A stretch of 64,000 bases of DNA, taken from the NCBI RefSeq assembly GCF_001194135.2, contig NC_068983.1:107435128-107499127 (forward strand), read 5' to 3'. The position numbers were made by a program, and so were the translations under genes. A model generated the notes under the pieces. The model had not been told where the DNA came from. It ran no database searches and saw only the letters and a program-made list of their open reading frames with translations. Positions 48,641 through 59,866 of this stretch are shown here, piece by piece. This stretch comes from Octopus bimaculoides (lineage: Eukaryota). The stretch's first letter is position 1. Every line of letters begins with the position of its first letter.

Positions 48641-49468
48641 TTATCTACATACATATGAAGATTTGTAAGACATTCCAAAAATTCTCCATCTGAGATTCTT
48701 ATGTGAAGAGATGCACACACTTGGGTGTATGCCTTGACAGTTCAACCAACATGCTAACTCAACCACATATTTATAAACAATGGGAACTCTCTTAACTCAA
48801 AAAGTCTTATTGCTTTATTAGTAACTGGCTTGAACCCTCTCAAGAAGAACTTAAATAAAACTCAAAGAAAAATCATGCATCGTCATACATAAGTATATAC
48901 ATACATAAAAACATATGTATGCACATGTACATGCACATGTACATGCATGCATACTGATGCACCAACATGATATACCATAGATATTCAAACAAAATATACT
49001 GAAGGTAAATTTGAATGATGTTTTATAAATAAAATGTTAAATGTTTAAATGACCAAAAATTATGTTTATATATAGTACAAAATATGTAAAATGAATGGTA
49101 ATAATGTTCTAAATCGATAATTAGAAGAACTTGAAAATACACCCCAAATACATGTGCCTGTACATGTATATTCATAGCTTTGTTCAGTTTAAAGTAAAAA
49201 TTCCTAGAAAATCTTCAATGTAACACCGAAGTTAAAGTTTCCACCTACAACCATCTAAAAATAACTAACTATTTATTTGATTTATAGAAAGGAAAGCTAA
49301 TTTGGAGAATGATTTTATTTTTATTTATCTCATTATAGCAAATTGGTGTCACTTTATTGACAACATTTCCCATTTTTTTTTCTTCTAAAATATGAACTGA
49401 ATTTTGAAATCAGAAATATACTATTTTAAATAAAGCAACTTATCAATTATATTCTCTCTTTTCTACAG

Positions 49469-49498
49469 CTGAGACAGTCTCACAGAAATATATTCTTG
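49469..49498 (+). CDS. Candidate 30-nt frame-preserving microexon (reads ETVSQKYIL or LRQSHRNIFL)
   Basis: Acceptor ATTCTCTCTTTTCTACAG|, 30 nt, then donor TTG|GTGAAT, within about 1.5 kb of repeat-free AT-rich sequence. The parent gene is not identifiable. Confidence 0.35.
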
Positions 49499-50869
49499 GT
49501 GAATATTAAGCTTCGTTTCTAAAAGTAACTACTAAAATTTGCAATTTACTAGCGTCAAATAGTCTTGTCTTCTGAGATTCACATACATATAAAATATTTA
49601 AATAGACATAGAATTTTGTTGGAGATATTCTTACTTATATTAGACATATAAGTATAATTTGACTTGACCGCACATATTTTTCATTTTATAATAATTCCTT
49701 GTTTTTTTTTTTGCTTCTTTGTTTCTTTTTCTGCTAATAAAATCCTTAATTGTGGAAGATAAATTTTAAAAGCAAAAGTATGTGAAAACAAATTGCATTT
49801 GCATTTTCAAATGGCTTCTAAACATTTCCTTACAATACATTTATAAAAATCAAAGAAAAAAAGTGGGTCATGAGCAACATTTCGGTGAATTATAATGTAT
49901 CATGTTTGTAAACACAATTAATTTAAACCTAGTAAGAAAACAGTCAGGAGATGTCTTTTTTTATGAAAATAGTTTAAATTTGAGTTGAACTGTGTTAATC
50001 CTGGATTACTGTTATTTTATTTTGTGGCTCTAAAGAGTTCGTATTAAGATACTCAAAACAAGCCAATGAATAACAGTTTGAAAAGTATATTGATTTCTCA
50101 TATTTTTGTTGTATAAATGCAAACATCAGTTGATTGACAATAGTACTTTCTAACTAAGTCAATCAAAAGTCAATAAAAATTATTGGTAGTATTAAGCTTT
50201 GGTATTAAAAATGCTTATTTCTAAATAAACCACTATACTTCTTAACAAATTTTGATTAAAATTTACCCATATTTCTGTGCAAAATATACCACTGGAGATT
50301 GTGTCCTACAAGGATTTGCAATTAATAAGATAAACAAACTATTATAGAAATCTCGTTTTATTTTTATGAAATTAATTTGACCAATAAGAAATGAAGTCAA
50401 AGAAGAAAAATGACATAATTCTAATGAGTAAAGCTAAGCTAATTATCTTAAACAATTTAGTTTGCAGCATGGAAAGTCAATTGAAAAATAAGATTCCAAT
50501 AAGAATGATAACAAGAGCACTCAGAGATCACAAACCTGGATGCTCTTCCTAACACCAACCCCTCCACATGTTTCATGGGTGCTTTTTACATGCCACCAGT
50601 ATGAGGGCCAGTCAGGCAGCACTGGCATCTACCATGCTCGAATGATGCTTTTATGTGCCACTGGCACAGGATCCAATCAGACAGCACTGGCATTAATCAC
50701 GCTCAAATGGTTCCACACTCAAATAGTGCTCAAATGGAGCTTTCTACATGCTGCCAGGATAGGAGCTAGTCAAGCAGCTCTGGCTTCAGCTATGACTATG
50801 ATTTCACTTGACTCAACAGGTCTCCTCAAGCACAGCATATTGCCCGATGATTGAAGGGTACTTTGAATG

Positions 50870-51960
50870 GTACTTCATCACTTCACTACTTCATCCCATG
50901 TTTTCTTGGGTCTAACTCTTCCACATGTTCCCGCCACTGTTTGGGGGGAGGGTGACACTCTTTCACACAACTATCCTCATCCATAGCAACACATGACCAT
51001 ACCAGCACAGTCATCTATTTTGCACGCCACGTCTGATGCTTCTTATGTCCAACTTTTCTGTCATGGCACTTACACTCTGGCGTGCATGCACACTGACATC
51101 ACACATCCAGCGGAGCATACCTGCTTCATTTCTTTCAATCCTATGCATGTGCTCAGTAGTTGCAGCCCATGTTTCACTGCTGTGTAGCATGGCTGTTCAC
51201 ACACATACATCATACAATTTACCTTTCACTCTGAATGAGAGGCCCTTTGTTAACAGCAGAGGTAGGAGCTATTTGAACTTTGACTAGGCTATTCTTATTC
51301 TAGCAGCTATGCTCTCAAAGCATACTGACTTGGTCTCCTAGATAACGGAAGCTTTCAACTACTTATAGTTTTTTCCCCCCATGGCATGTGATGGAATCTG
51401 TTTTCTGTACATTTTCAGTGTTTATTGCTCCTTTGCATCTGCCATGCACAAAAACTATCTTCCCAATTATCCTTCCTTTGATATTGCTGCACCCCTTATG
51501 TGTCCATAGCTTACACTGGATACATCTTATGGAGTTTCTACCTATGCTTTTTCTACAGATTGAGCAGGGCCATCTACCTGAAAGAATTTGTAATTTGTCT
51601 GCCTTCCTACTTACTAGACCTTGCTTCCACACCTGAAACTTGTCTAGTTCTGGTAGTGACTCAGCTATTAGAGCAAAATCATCAGCATAGAGGAGCTCCC
51701 AGGGGAAGCCTGTTTTGAATTCCTCTGTTATTTCCTGGAGGACTATGATGAATAAGAGAGGGCTGAAGACTGATCCTTGGTGAACCCCTACTTCTACCTG
51801 GAATTCTGCCCTATACTTGTTGTCAACCTTCACCTTACAGACAGTATCCCTGTACATGGCTTGTACAGCTCTCACCAACCACTCATCTATCACTAGTTTC
51901 TCCCTGTCAAAGGCTTTCTCCATGTCAATGAAAACCAAATAGAGGTTTATATTTGGCTAG
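50870..51960 (-). mobile_element. RTE-clade LINE RT fragment
   Basis: ORF 51363-51938 carries FIDMEKAFDR, GVHQGSVFSPLLFIIVL and ELLYADD, and a downstream frame gives PKKTWDEVVK. It is followed by the shared 3' tail at 50535-50870. Confidence 0.9.
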
Positions 51961-52599
51961 GTATTTCTCGTTCAGTTGTCTTACCAAAAATGTAGCATCA
52001 GTGGTGCTTTTCCTTGGCACAACATAAAACTGTGTCAGTGCCAGTCAGGTTCCAATAAATGGGACTGAAATTTTGACACTGCATGAAATGAATTATAATT
52101 GAGTTCAAGAGTCTTTGAACAGTTTTAAATGACTAAAATTTCTCAATCATGATGTAATTGCATTAGTTTCAAGAAACTGTTTTTAACCAAGTCATTTGCT
52201 ACATAAGTCTAAATTTGAAATATATATGTGCATGTGGGTGTATATATATGTGCATATATATACATACATAAGTGTGTGTGTGTGTGTGTGTGTGTTTGTG
52301 TGTATTCATCATTATTATACAAGAATGGTGTTGACTGTGACTTCAAAGTTTCAGCCAGCTAAACCATCGTCAGACTGCATTTTGATGATGGCTTAGCTGA
52401 CTGAAATTTTGAAGTCACAGACAACAACATCCTTGTATGACAATAATTAAATTTGTATTCTATTAAAGTATAGAGTAACCCATCAGATCAAAGTAAAATT
52501 GTTTTTATTTTAACTGAACATAAAAACAAACATTAATGTTTATGTTTGTGTGTGTGTGTGTGTGTATGTATATGATCAGTAGCAAAATGATAATGGTGT

Positions 52600-55330
52600 T
52601 TAATGTTGAGAGAAGTGTGGTTCTGTGGATGAAGAAAGTAAGACTGTCTACGAAAATGTAGAGAGTGCAATATGTAGTGAGTTTTTACGCTCCTGTATTT
52701 AAAAGGTGATATGCCAGATTTGAACTTGGTGACGAGTAATGAAGACCAGAGTGAAGAGAAATCAGTTTGAAAGGGGCTTTTACAATGTGGATTGTTTGTG
52801 GCTTATAACAAGCTAGAAAGAATTAAATGAGCTGGGGGATTGGTGGATGTGTTTGCTAAATGAGATTAGAAGACAGGCTGAGTTTACCAGAAAATATTTA
52901 GAAAGAATAATTTAACTAGAGTTTGTGACAGTCTATTTTGATTAAATTTCAGTAAAGCTGTGGGCAGTTGCTAGAAATATAGGCCAGTGAGAGATTTAGT
53001 GTCTGTGGCTAGGATATTTATGGTGAATGAAACAAGATCCTTTGCCACAGTAGCAATTGTAATGAAAGGGCAAACTTTGAGCAATGAATGAGTAAAAAGT
53101 GGAAGAGAGCAGGATATGATTATTCAGGAGGCAGTGCACTTTAAGTATGAAGTGTAACATATGGTCATGGACTGTAAGCAGCATAGGCCAGAACTGAGTT
53201 ACTACTTATGTGACAAGACTGATCATATAGCAAGATTTTGAAGTTAGGGGAATGATGTAAAAGAAGGGCATTCTCCTACACTGGTAAAAACCAAACAGAA
53301 GTGTTCTTACATTCACTGCCTATTCTGGAAGTCCTGGTAATAGGAAAGGATCAGAGCTTGCACTGATGTAGATTGCTCAAATAATTTATAGGCAGGTAGA
53401 TAACTTGGACGGGAATCAATGGAAGCATGTGGAGGGAACCGGCACTGTAGGGATGATGGTTTGTAGAATGTGATTGACAATCAAGATCAGGGCTGGCCAA
53501 CCTGAGGTCCATGCGCTGCATGCGGCCTGCAGACTTTACCCTGTAGCTCACTTGATGCTTTCTTGAAATGGGTTTATTTAAACAAACATTCTAAAACTTT
53601 TATCAAAAATTAAAGATTGTAATGAAAAGTAAAAAAGAAAGATACTACAGTTTTTGCTACGATAATATTTCATGTTGAATCAATGATCATTCATTCATTA
53701 CTGTAATAATAGCATGAGAAAGCAAAATGCTTTCAATTCTGTTAGCAGTGATTATTTGTCTATTAATGCATAAAGTATACTAGCGGAACCTCAAAAAACT
53801 TTCTGTGATTAAAGCGGCCCATGATGTAATTCGAATTGGCCAGGCCTGGTCAAGATAATCATATAAAATTGCATTGTTGATAGGCATGGATATGATTGGC
53901 TGACTGATGGTGGAGTTTTATTCAATAAGGATTGAGTAGAATTTGGAGGTGCACAAAAAAATTATGAGTGCACAGCCTCACAGAGGGGATCTAGAACTGT
54001 TGTAGAGGGCTCTGGAAAAAGGAATTTTTGTGTGGAGTTTGATAGTAACTAATAGACAGTCAAATCATCTCAGTGATGAATAAGGTGAGCTGTCATGAAT
54101 GTTCTCTGAAAATAGGGTTGTGGTGATATTTAGATTCAAGAGGGACATGGAGAGATAGATCAAAGAATGTGAAGTACTCTAAAGCTTTGGGAACAGATAT
54201 TTGAAAGTAAAGTATTTCCACTGATGGTACTTGAAAAGACCTGTCCACTACAACAAAATTGAGATCTTAAAACCAAAGTACCACATAAAAGGAATTAGTG
54301 TGGGAGTTAGTGCCACGTAAAAAGCACTGGTGATGGTGTCATGAAAAAAGCACCAAGTACACTCTGTAGAGTGGTTGGGTTGGTGTTAGGAAGAGCATCC
54401 CACCATGTAAATCAGCCAAAACAGACTATGAAACCTGGTGCAGCCCCTGACTTTGCCAGTTCCTGTGAAGCCATCCAACCCATGCCAGCATGGAAAACAG
54501 ACATTAAATGTGGATGATGATGATGATGATGTATTGGTTTGATCAACAAAGAATAAATGTTTGGAAGTTGACTAGTTAACATGTCACACAGACTTTGAGG
54601 CTACAGATATATGAAGGGAGACCTTGCAAGAATGGAGACAAATGACAGGAGCTTCTAAACATGTTGACTTGAAATCAACCAGCTTACATTTTCAAGTTGC
54701 TAAGAAATTGGGAATTATAAGGGCAAGATATACTGTTTGTCTGGACTGGAGTTTAAACTGTGCTCCATATCAAAGATCAGGGCAACAGTTCTCAGTAATA
54801 TACAGGGAAAAAATGAACAGAGGGAAAGAGTCCACAGACTTTTACATAGATGACATTTTGGTAGACAAAACAGCCATGATAGCAGCAGAAGTCATCTGGA
54901 AATGGTTTTGGTTGAGTCCGAAACTGTTGAAATTGATAATAAAGGGGACAACATTTAGGCTATGACTGAAGTAAAATGGGACAAACAAGTGGTATATAAG
55001 AAGAATTATGAAACTCTAGACCTAAAATGTCATCTGAGTTGATGATGGGAACTATTCTTGATGTATGGATGGTGCTATGCTACTAGCCATAGGGAAAAGA
55101 GGGTTACACAGCATGAGCTTGGGAGGTAAGGTGGGAAAGAGAACAGTTGTTATGTAAGAACATCATGGAGAGGTTGAGAGGTTGAGGAGTTTGAAAGTAG
55201 AGCATTTCCACTGATGGTGCTTAAGACCTGCCCACTACAATAGAAAGGTTCAGTGAGAGATATAAATAGGAGAAGGAGTGATGTAAGTAGTATAAAAAGG
55301 TAGTGTTTCTTTAGAGATTGATGTTTAGGT
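52600..55330 (-). mobile_element. Long, heavily decayed retroelement, probably Penelope-like, interrupted by a hAT MITE and an RTE-tail repeat
   Basis: Fragments HPYIKNSSH and CYHGCFVYQNVIYV resemble the PLE RT motifs Y.KNS.H and YF.YQN..Y.Q. An internal repeat (CCACTGATGGT.CTT..AGACCTG.CCACTACAA) occurs at about 54218 and 55208. Confidence 0.4.
53488..53848. mobile_element. hAT-type MITE, 361 bp, with 8-bp target-site duplication
   Basis: TIRs CAGGGCTGGCCAA / TTGGCCAGGCCTG, flanked by ATCAAGAT (53480-53487) and GTCAAGAT (53849-53856). Confidence 0.85.
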
Positions 55331-55650
55331 AGATAATGAGTTTAAGAGGAAGTATGAGTGCATTCATATTACTGTAACTGAATTACATGCTTTGCTAAAA
55401 GGCACAAATTGAGGTGGGTGGGGGTGCATAATATCAAAATCTACATTGATTTGGCTTGGCTACTCTGCTTTTTTGTGAAAGATCATTGGTTACTAGTAAG
55501 AAGACATGATTGCTGGATTTGGCTGGTAATTTTTGTATCCTAAGGCAGATGTTTTTACTAAGGTGAGAAAAACTTGGTTGAGGGTGGTGGAGGATTTACA
55601 GAGTGGAGTGGTACAGTATGCTGTTTGAGGACATGAATTTGAATAGAATA

Positions 55651-56524
55651 TAAGGTGGTATCAAAAAGTTCCAAGACTAGTTATGTTTAATGAAAAATAA
55701 CTTATCTAGCTAAGTTTTATCACCGTCTCCTTCAAAATAGTCACCTTACACAGTAATACACTAGTCCCAGCATTCCTGCCATTTTTGGAGTCTGGTGTGG
55801 AAGCTGTTTTCCATAGGTGAGATGAGGACCTTCTGCGATTCACACTAGATCTTGACAGCTGTGTTAAAGCAGTGGCCTTTGAGCTGCATTTTCATCTTGG
55901 GTAAAAGATAGAAGTTTATAGGTGCTAAATATGGCAAATAGAGTGGGTGTGGAAATGATATCATATTGATATTGGTGAGGAGAGCTCAGTGTTAGGGTGC
56001 CTTGTTGTTGGGAAGAATCCAATTCTTCATACTCCACAGATCACTTTCACTAAATTTCCACCATTGAACTCTTCAAAACGTTGATGGTCTGGCACAATAT
56101 GACATTTCTGGGGGTGGCACACGTGGCAGGTCTTCCAGTTCACTCATCATCTTTTAGGGATGTTCTGCTACTTTTGAAGTACCCATGCCACTTGAAACAT
56201 CGCATATGACCCATTGCCTCATTGCTATAAGCTTGCTGAAGCATGCTCAATGTCTCTGTAGCATGCTCAATGTCTCTGTAGCAGACTTCCCAAGTTTAAC
56301 GCAAAATTTCATGTTGGATCTTTGTTCCTGTTTATGACAAAATTACAGACTACAGCACATGATCACAAAAACACAAATTTCACAACTTGCAAAGTAAACA
56401 TAGTAATATCACTCGGCACACTGCCTCATGAAGGTCATTGTTAGCTCTCATTGCACATGCAACTATGTGCTGCCATCTGTTGGTGAGCTACAGAACTAGT
56501 CTGGGAACATTTTGCTACCACTTA
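55651..56524 (-). mobile_element. Internally deleted mariner element with both TIRs
   Basis: The left end TAAGGTGGTATCAAAAAGTTCCAAGACTAGT is an imperfect inverted repeat of the right end ACTAGTCTGGGAACATTTTGCTACCACTTAGTA. The interior resembles a decayed mariner transposase (GRPATC and WWNAG..CITV*GD-like). Confidence 0.75.
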
Positions 56525-56675
56525 GTACACAACATACAACATATGAAAGCGGATAGAACCTCTATTTTGGGCCACAATTGTCTCTGATGTCACCAGGTAA
56601 AGTGTTTGGATAGTGGTAAGTATTTTGACAGGTATTGGTACCGAGTGTACATGAACTGTATTTCTGTCTATCTAT

Positions 56676-58540
56676 CAGGGGCGTGCACTCTCAGGCATGC
56701 AAGGTACGCGCTGCATGTTCTGTAATTTCTCATCCATATCATCGGAAAATTAGATAAATTTCTTTTTTCTTCCAAAGAAACTCCGTCCAGGTGTTTTCGA
56801 AATATTCTGCCTCCCCTTCCTCCTCTCTCACTGACTCGTTCGTCTGCTTTGAGAAGACCAGATGACCTCCCCCTCTCTTTCTTTGTTTGTGTACAATTGT
56901 TGCTAACCTCGTTCCACTTTCTGACCCGAACAATAGCAATCCCATAATTCCTCAGTTAGCCAGCCGAAATGGTGGAATAATCTGGCGGTAAGTTTGAATT
57001 TTTTTATCCAAAGCATCTGTTTGCACTATTATATTTTTGGAGTGTTCTGAAAACAAAAATATTATCCAAATTATATTTCTTACTTCAGAAGTAGATAATT
57101 AACCTTAAATTAATTTGACTAACGTTATTTTTTCGTTTTGTTGAAATTGACTCAGATGCAACCTTTTTGAACACATCATTGAAAATCCTGAAGCATGGGA
57201 TGATACCACCATAAATTCAGTAATTGGATTCTTACACACTTTAAAAGCTCCTGATTTCTTATTTTTTGTTAGAAGTATTCAGTGATATTTTTTTCTTTTA
57301 CTGACGTCTTATTTAACATCCTCCAGAGCATAAGTCATGACATGTGTATTGTAAAGAGCAAATAGATAAAACTAGAACTGTACTCGAAAACAAACTTGAT
57401 AATTTTAAAATCTTTTATGATATGTTAGGGGAAAAATATGGAGTCGATGCAGGAATCGGAATTCAGAGATCCGAGAATTCAGAGATCTATTGAGCCCCAA
57501 TGACATTATAGAATGCTTTATAACAAAATTATCAGTACAATAGTTGACCAAATAAAAGCACGATATTCATCCTTAGAAGAGTTTAAATTCATGGAACTTT
57601 TGAATTTCAACAAAGCTGATGAGTATTGCAAACAATTTCCTGTGGACTCTAGATTCCTTAAAAATGACTTATGGCAGATTTTTTTTATGTAATATGATGA
57701 CAAAGTGAGCTCAATGTGATGTATTCAATGAAAGATTTTAAAATGCGAAGTGTAAGTCATTTAATGAGTTACATTTACAGCAGTGACCTTGTTGAAGCTA
57801 TGCCAGAACCCTTCAATCTGTGCAAGTTGATTTTGACAATTCCGTCTACCACTGCTTCTGTAGAGCGATCCTTTTCTGCATTAAGTAGAATCAAAACATA
57901 CCAAAGAAATGCAACAGGAGAAAGAAGGCTGTCTGGGTTAGCACTAATGTCAATTGAAAAAGATTTATTACAACAATTGATGAAAAGAGAAGATTTCTAT
58001 TGAAAATATGATAGATATATTTGCCCAGCAAGATCGAAGAAATTAATTAATTTAGAAATAGGTAAATAACATTTTAGAACATAAAAAAAAAACTTAATAT
58101 ATTTAAGGGCATATATTGCAGGTTTTGGTTAGTGTTTGTTATAACGTAAGGTTCGACCTTCTTACATCAGTATTGTTTGGCAGGAGAAATGGTTCGACTT
58201 CTTCCTCACACCTAACCTACATAGGTTTTCCTTTCTGTGCTGATGAGTGTAGACTATTTACGGCGCTAAATAAGTGTCTTGTTTCAATCTCAGAGATGTT
58301 GACTTCTGCCACAACAGTTTTGGGGGGCTTTTTACAATGTTGAATTTTCGCTGTCTTTCGTTGTGTGTATTCATGTATATGCGTGTATTTTCAATGTGTG
58401 TGCGTGAGACGTAGTCTTTTAATATACGGAGTACAGTAAGTCTCAGAACAGTCTGCTTGAGTATCAATAATTTTCCCGGAATTGACAAGTAGCATGATAA
58501 AGCACCTGACTTGTCTTCGAGAGCGTAACTATCTAAAACC
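56676..58540 (+). mobile_element. hAT transposon deletion derivative, copy 2
   Basis: Left end CAGGGGCGTGCACTCTCAGG. ORF 57716-58003 reads LILTIPSTTASVERSFSALSRIKTYQRNATGERRLSGLALMSIEKDLL (hAT C-terminal dimerisation motif). The right TIR is not seen and may lie in the gap. Confidence 0.85.
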
Positions 58541-59291
58541 ATGGCCATATAATGTAACTAAATGTGTTCTCTTTATTAAATCATTTCAAATTGATTCAGC
58601 TGAACCAATANNNNNNNNNNNNNNNNNNNNNNNNNNNNNNNNNNNNNNNNNNNNNNNNNNNNNNNNNNNNNNNNNNNNNNNNNNNNNNNNNNNNNNNNNN
58701 NNNNNNNNNNNNNNNNNNNNNNNNNNNNNNNNNNNNNNNNNNNNNNNNNNNNNNNNNNNNNNNNNNNNNNNNNNNNNNNNNNNNNNNNNNNNNNNNNNNN
58801 NNNNNNNNNNNNNNNNNNNNNNNNNNNNNNNNNNNNNNNNNNNNNNNNNNNNNNNNNNNNNNNNNNNNNNNNNNNNNNNNNNNNNNNNNNNNNNNNNNNN
58901 NNNNNNNNNNNNNNNNNNNNNNNNNNNNNNNNNNNNNNNNNNNNNNNNNNNNNNNNNNNNNNNNNNNNNNNNNNNNNNNNNNNNNNNNNNNNNNNNNNNN
59001 NNNNNNNNNNNNNNNNNNNNNNNNNNNNNNNNNNNNNNNNNNNNNNNNNNNNNNNNNNNNNNNNNNNNNNNNNNNNNNNNNNNNNNNNNNNNNNNNNNNN
59101 NNNNNNNNNNNNNNNNNNNNNNNNNNNNNNNNNNNNNNNNNNNNNNNNNNNNNNNNNNNNNNNNNNNNNNNNNNNNNNNNNNNNNNNNNNNNNNNNNNNN
59201 NNNNNNNNNNNNNNNNNNNNNNNNNNNNNNNNNNNNNNNNNNNNNNNNNNNNNNNNNNNNNNNNNNNNNNNNNNNNNNNNNNNNNNNNNNN

Positions 59292-59615
59292 CCCCAGGAC
59301 TTATTCTTTGGAAGCCTAGTACTTATTCTTTCGGTCTCTTTTGCCGAACCGCTAAGTTACGGGGACGTAAACACACCAGCATCGGTTGTCAAGCGATGTT
59401 CGGGGGACAAACACAGATATACAAACACATACACACATACATATATATATATACATATATACGACAGGCTTCTTTCAGTTTCCGTCTACCAAATCCACTC
59501 ACAAGGCATTGGTCGGCCCGAGGCTATAGTAGAAGGCACTTGCCCAAGATGCCACGCAGTGGGACTGAACCCGGGACCATGTGGTTTGTAAGCAAGCTAC
59601 TTACCACACAGCCAC
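59292..59615 (-). mobile_element. SINE family A, near full length
   Basis: Near-consensus head and core. Confidence 0.9.
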
Positions 59616-59706
59616 TATATGTATATCATTTGTAAAAAACAAATTCGAAAGAAGAACCACTCTGATGTAGAGTAGTATATATTAAAAATGGGAAAGTCCA
59701 ATTTAT

Positions 59707-59767
59707 GGGATTACCTTAGGTTTCCCATCCATAAAGGGTTTAGCTTTATGGTGTATCATCAGATCCC
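59707..59767 (-). ncRNA. Type I hammerhead ribozyme in the 3' region (pLTR) of the Penelope-like element
   Basis: Minus strand reads GGGAU-CUGAUGA-UACA CCAUAAAG CUAAACC CUUUAUGG AUGG-GAAA-CC UAA GG-UA-AUCCC. Stem I is GGGAU/AUCCC, the CUGAUGA and GAAA core is intact, stem II has an 8-bp helix with an imperfect base, stem III is a short CC/GG, and the cleavage triplet is GUA. It lies 100 nt after the PLE stop codon. Confidence 0.85.
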
Positions 59768-59866
59768 AAAAACCTCTTGGCCCAAGACCTCTTAAAATAT
59801 GGAGGAAAAAAATGCTTCCCTACTCAAAGGTAGCATTTGAGGATTATCTCCCTTTGCTATCAGCTC

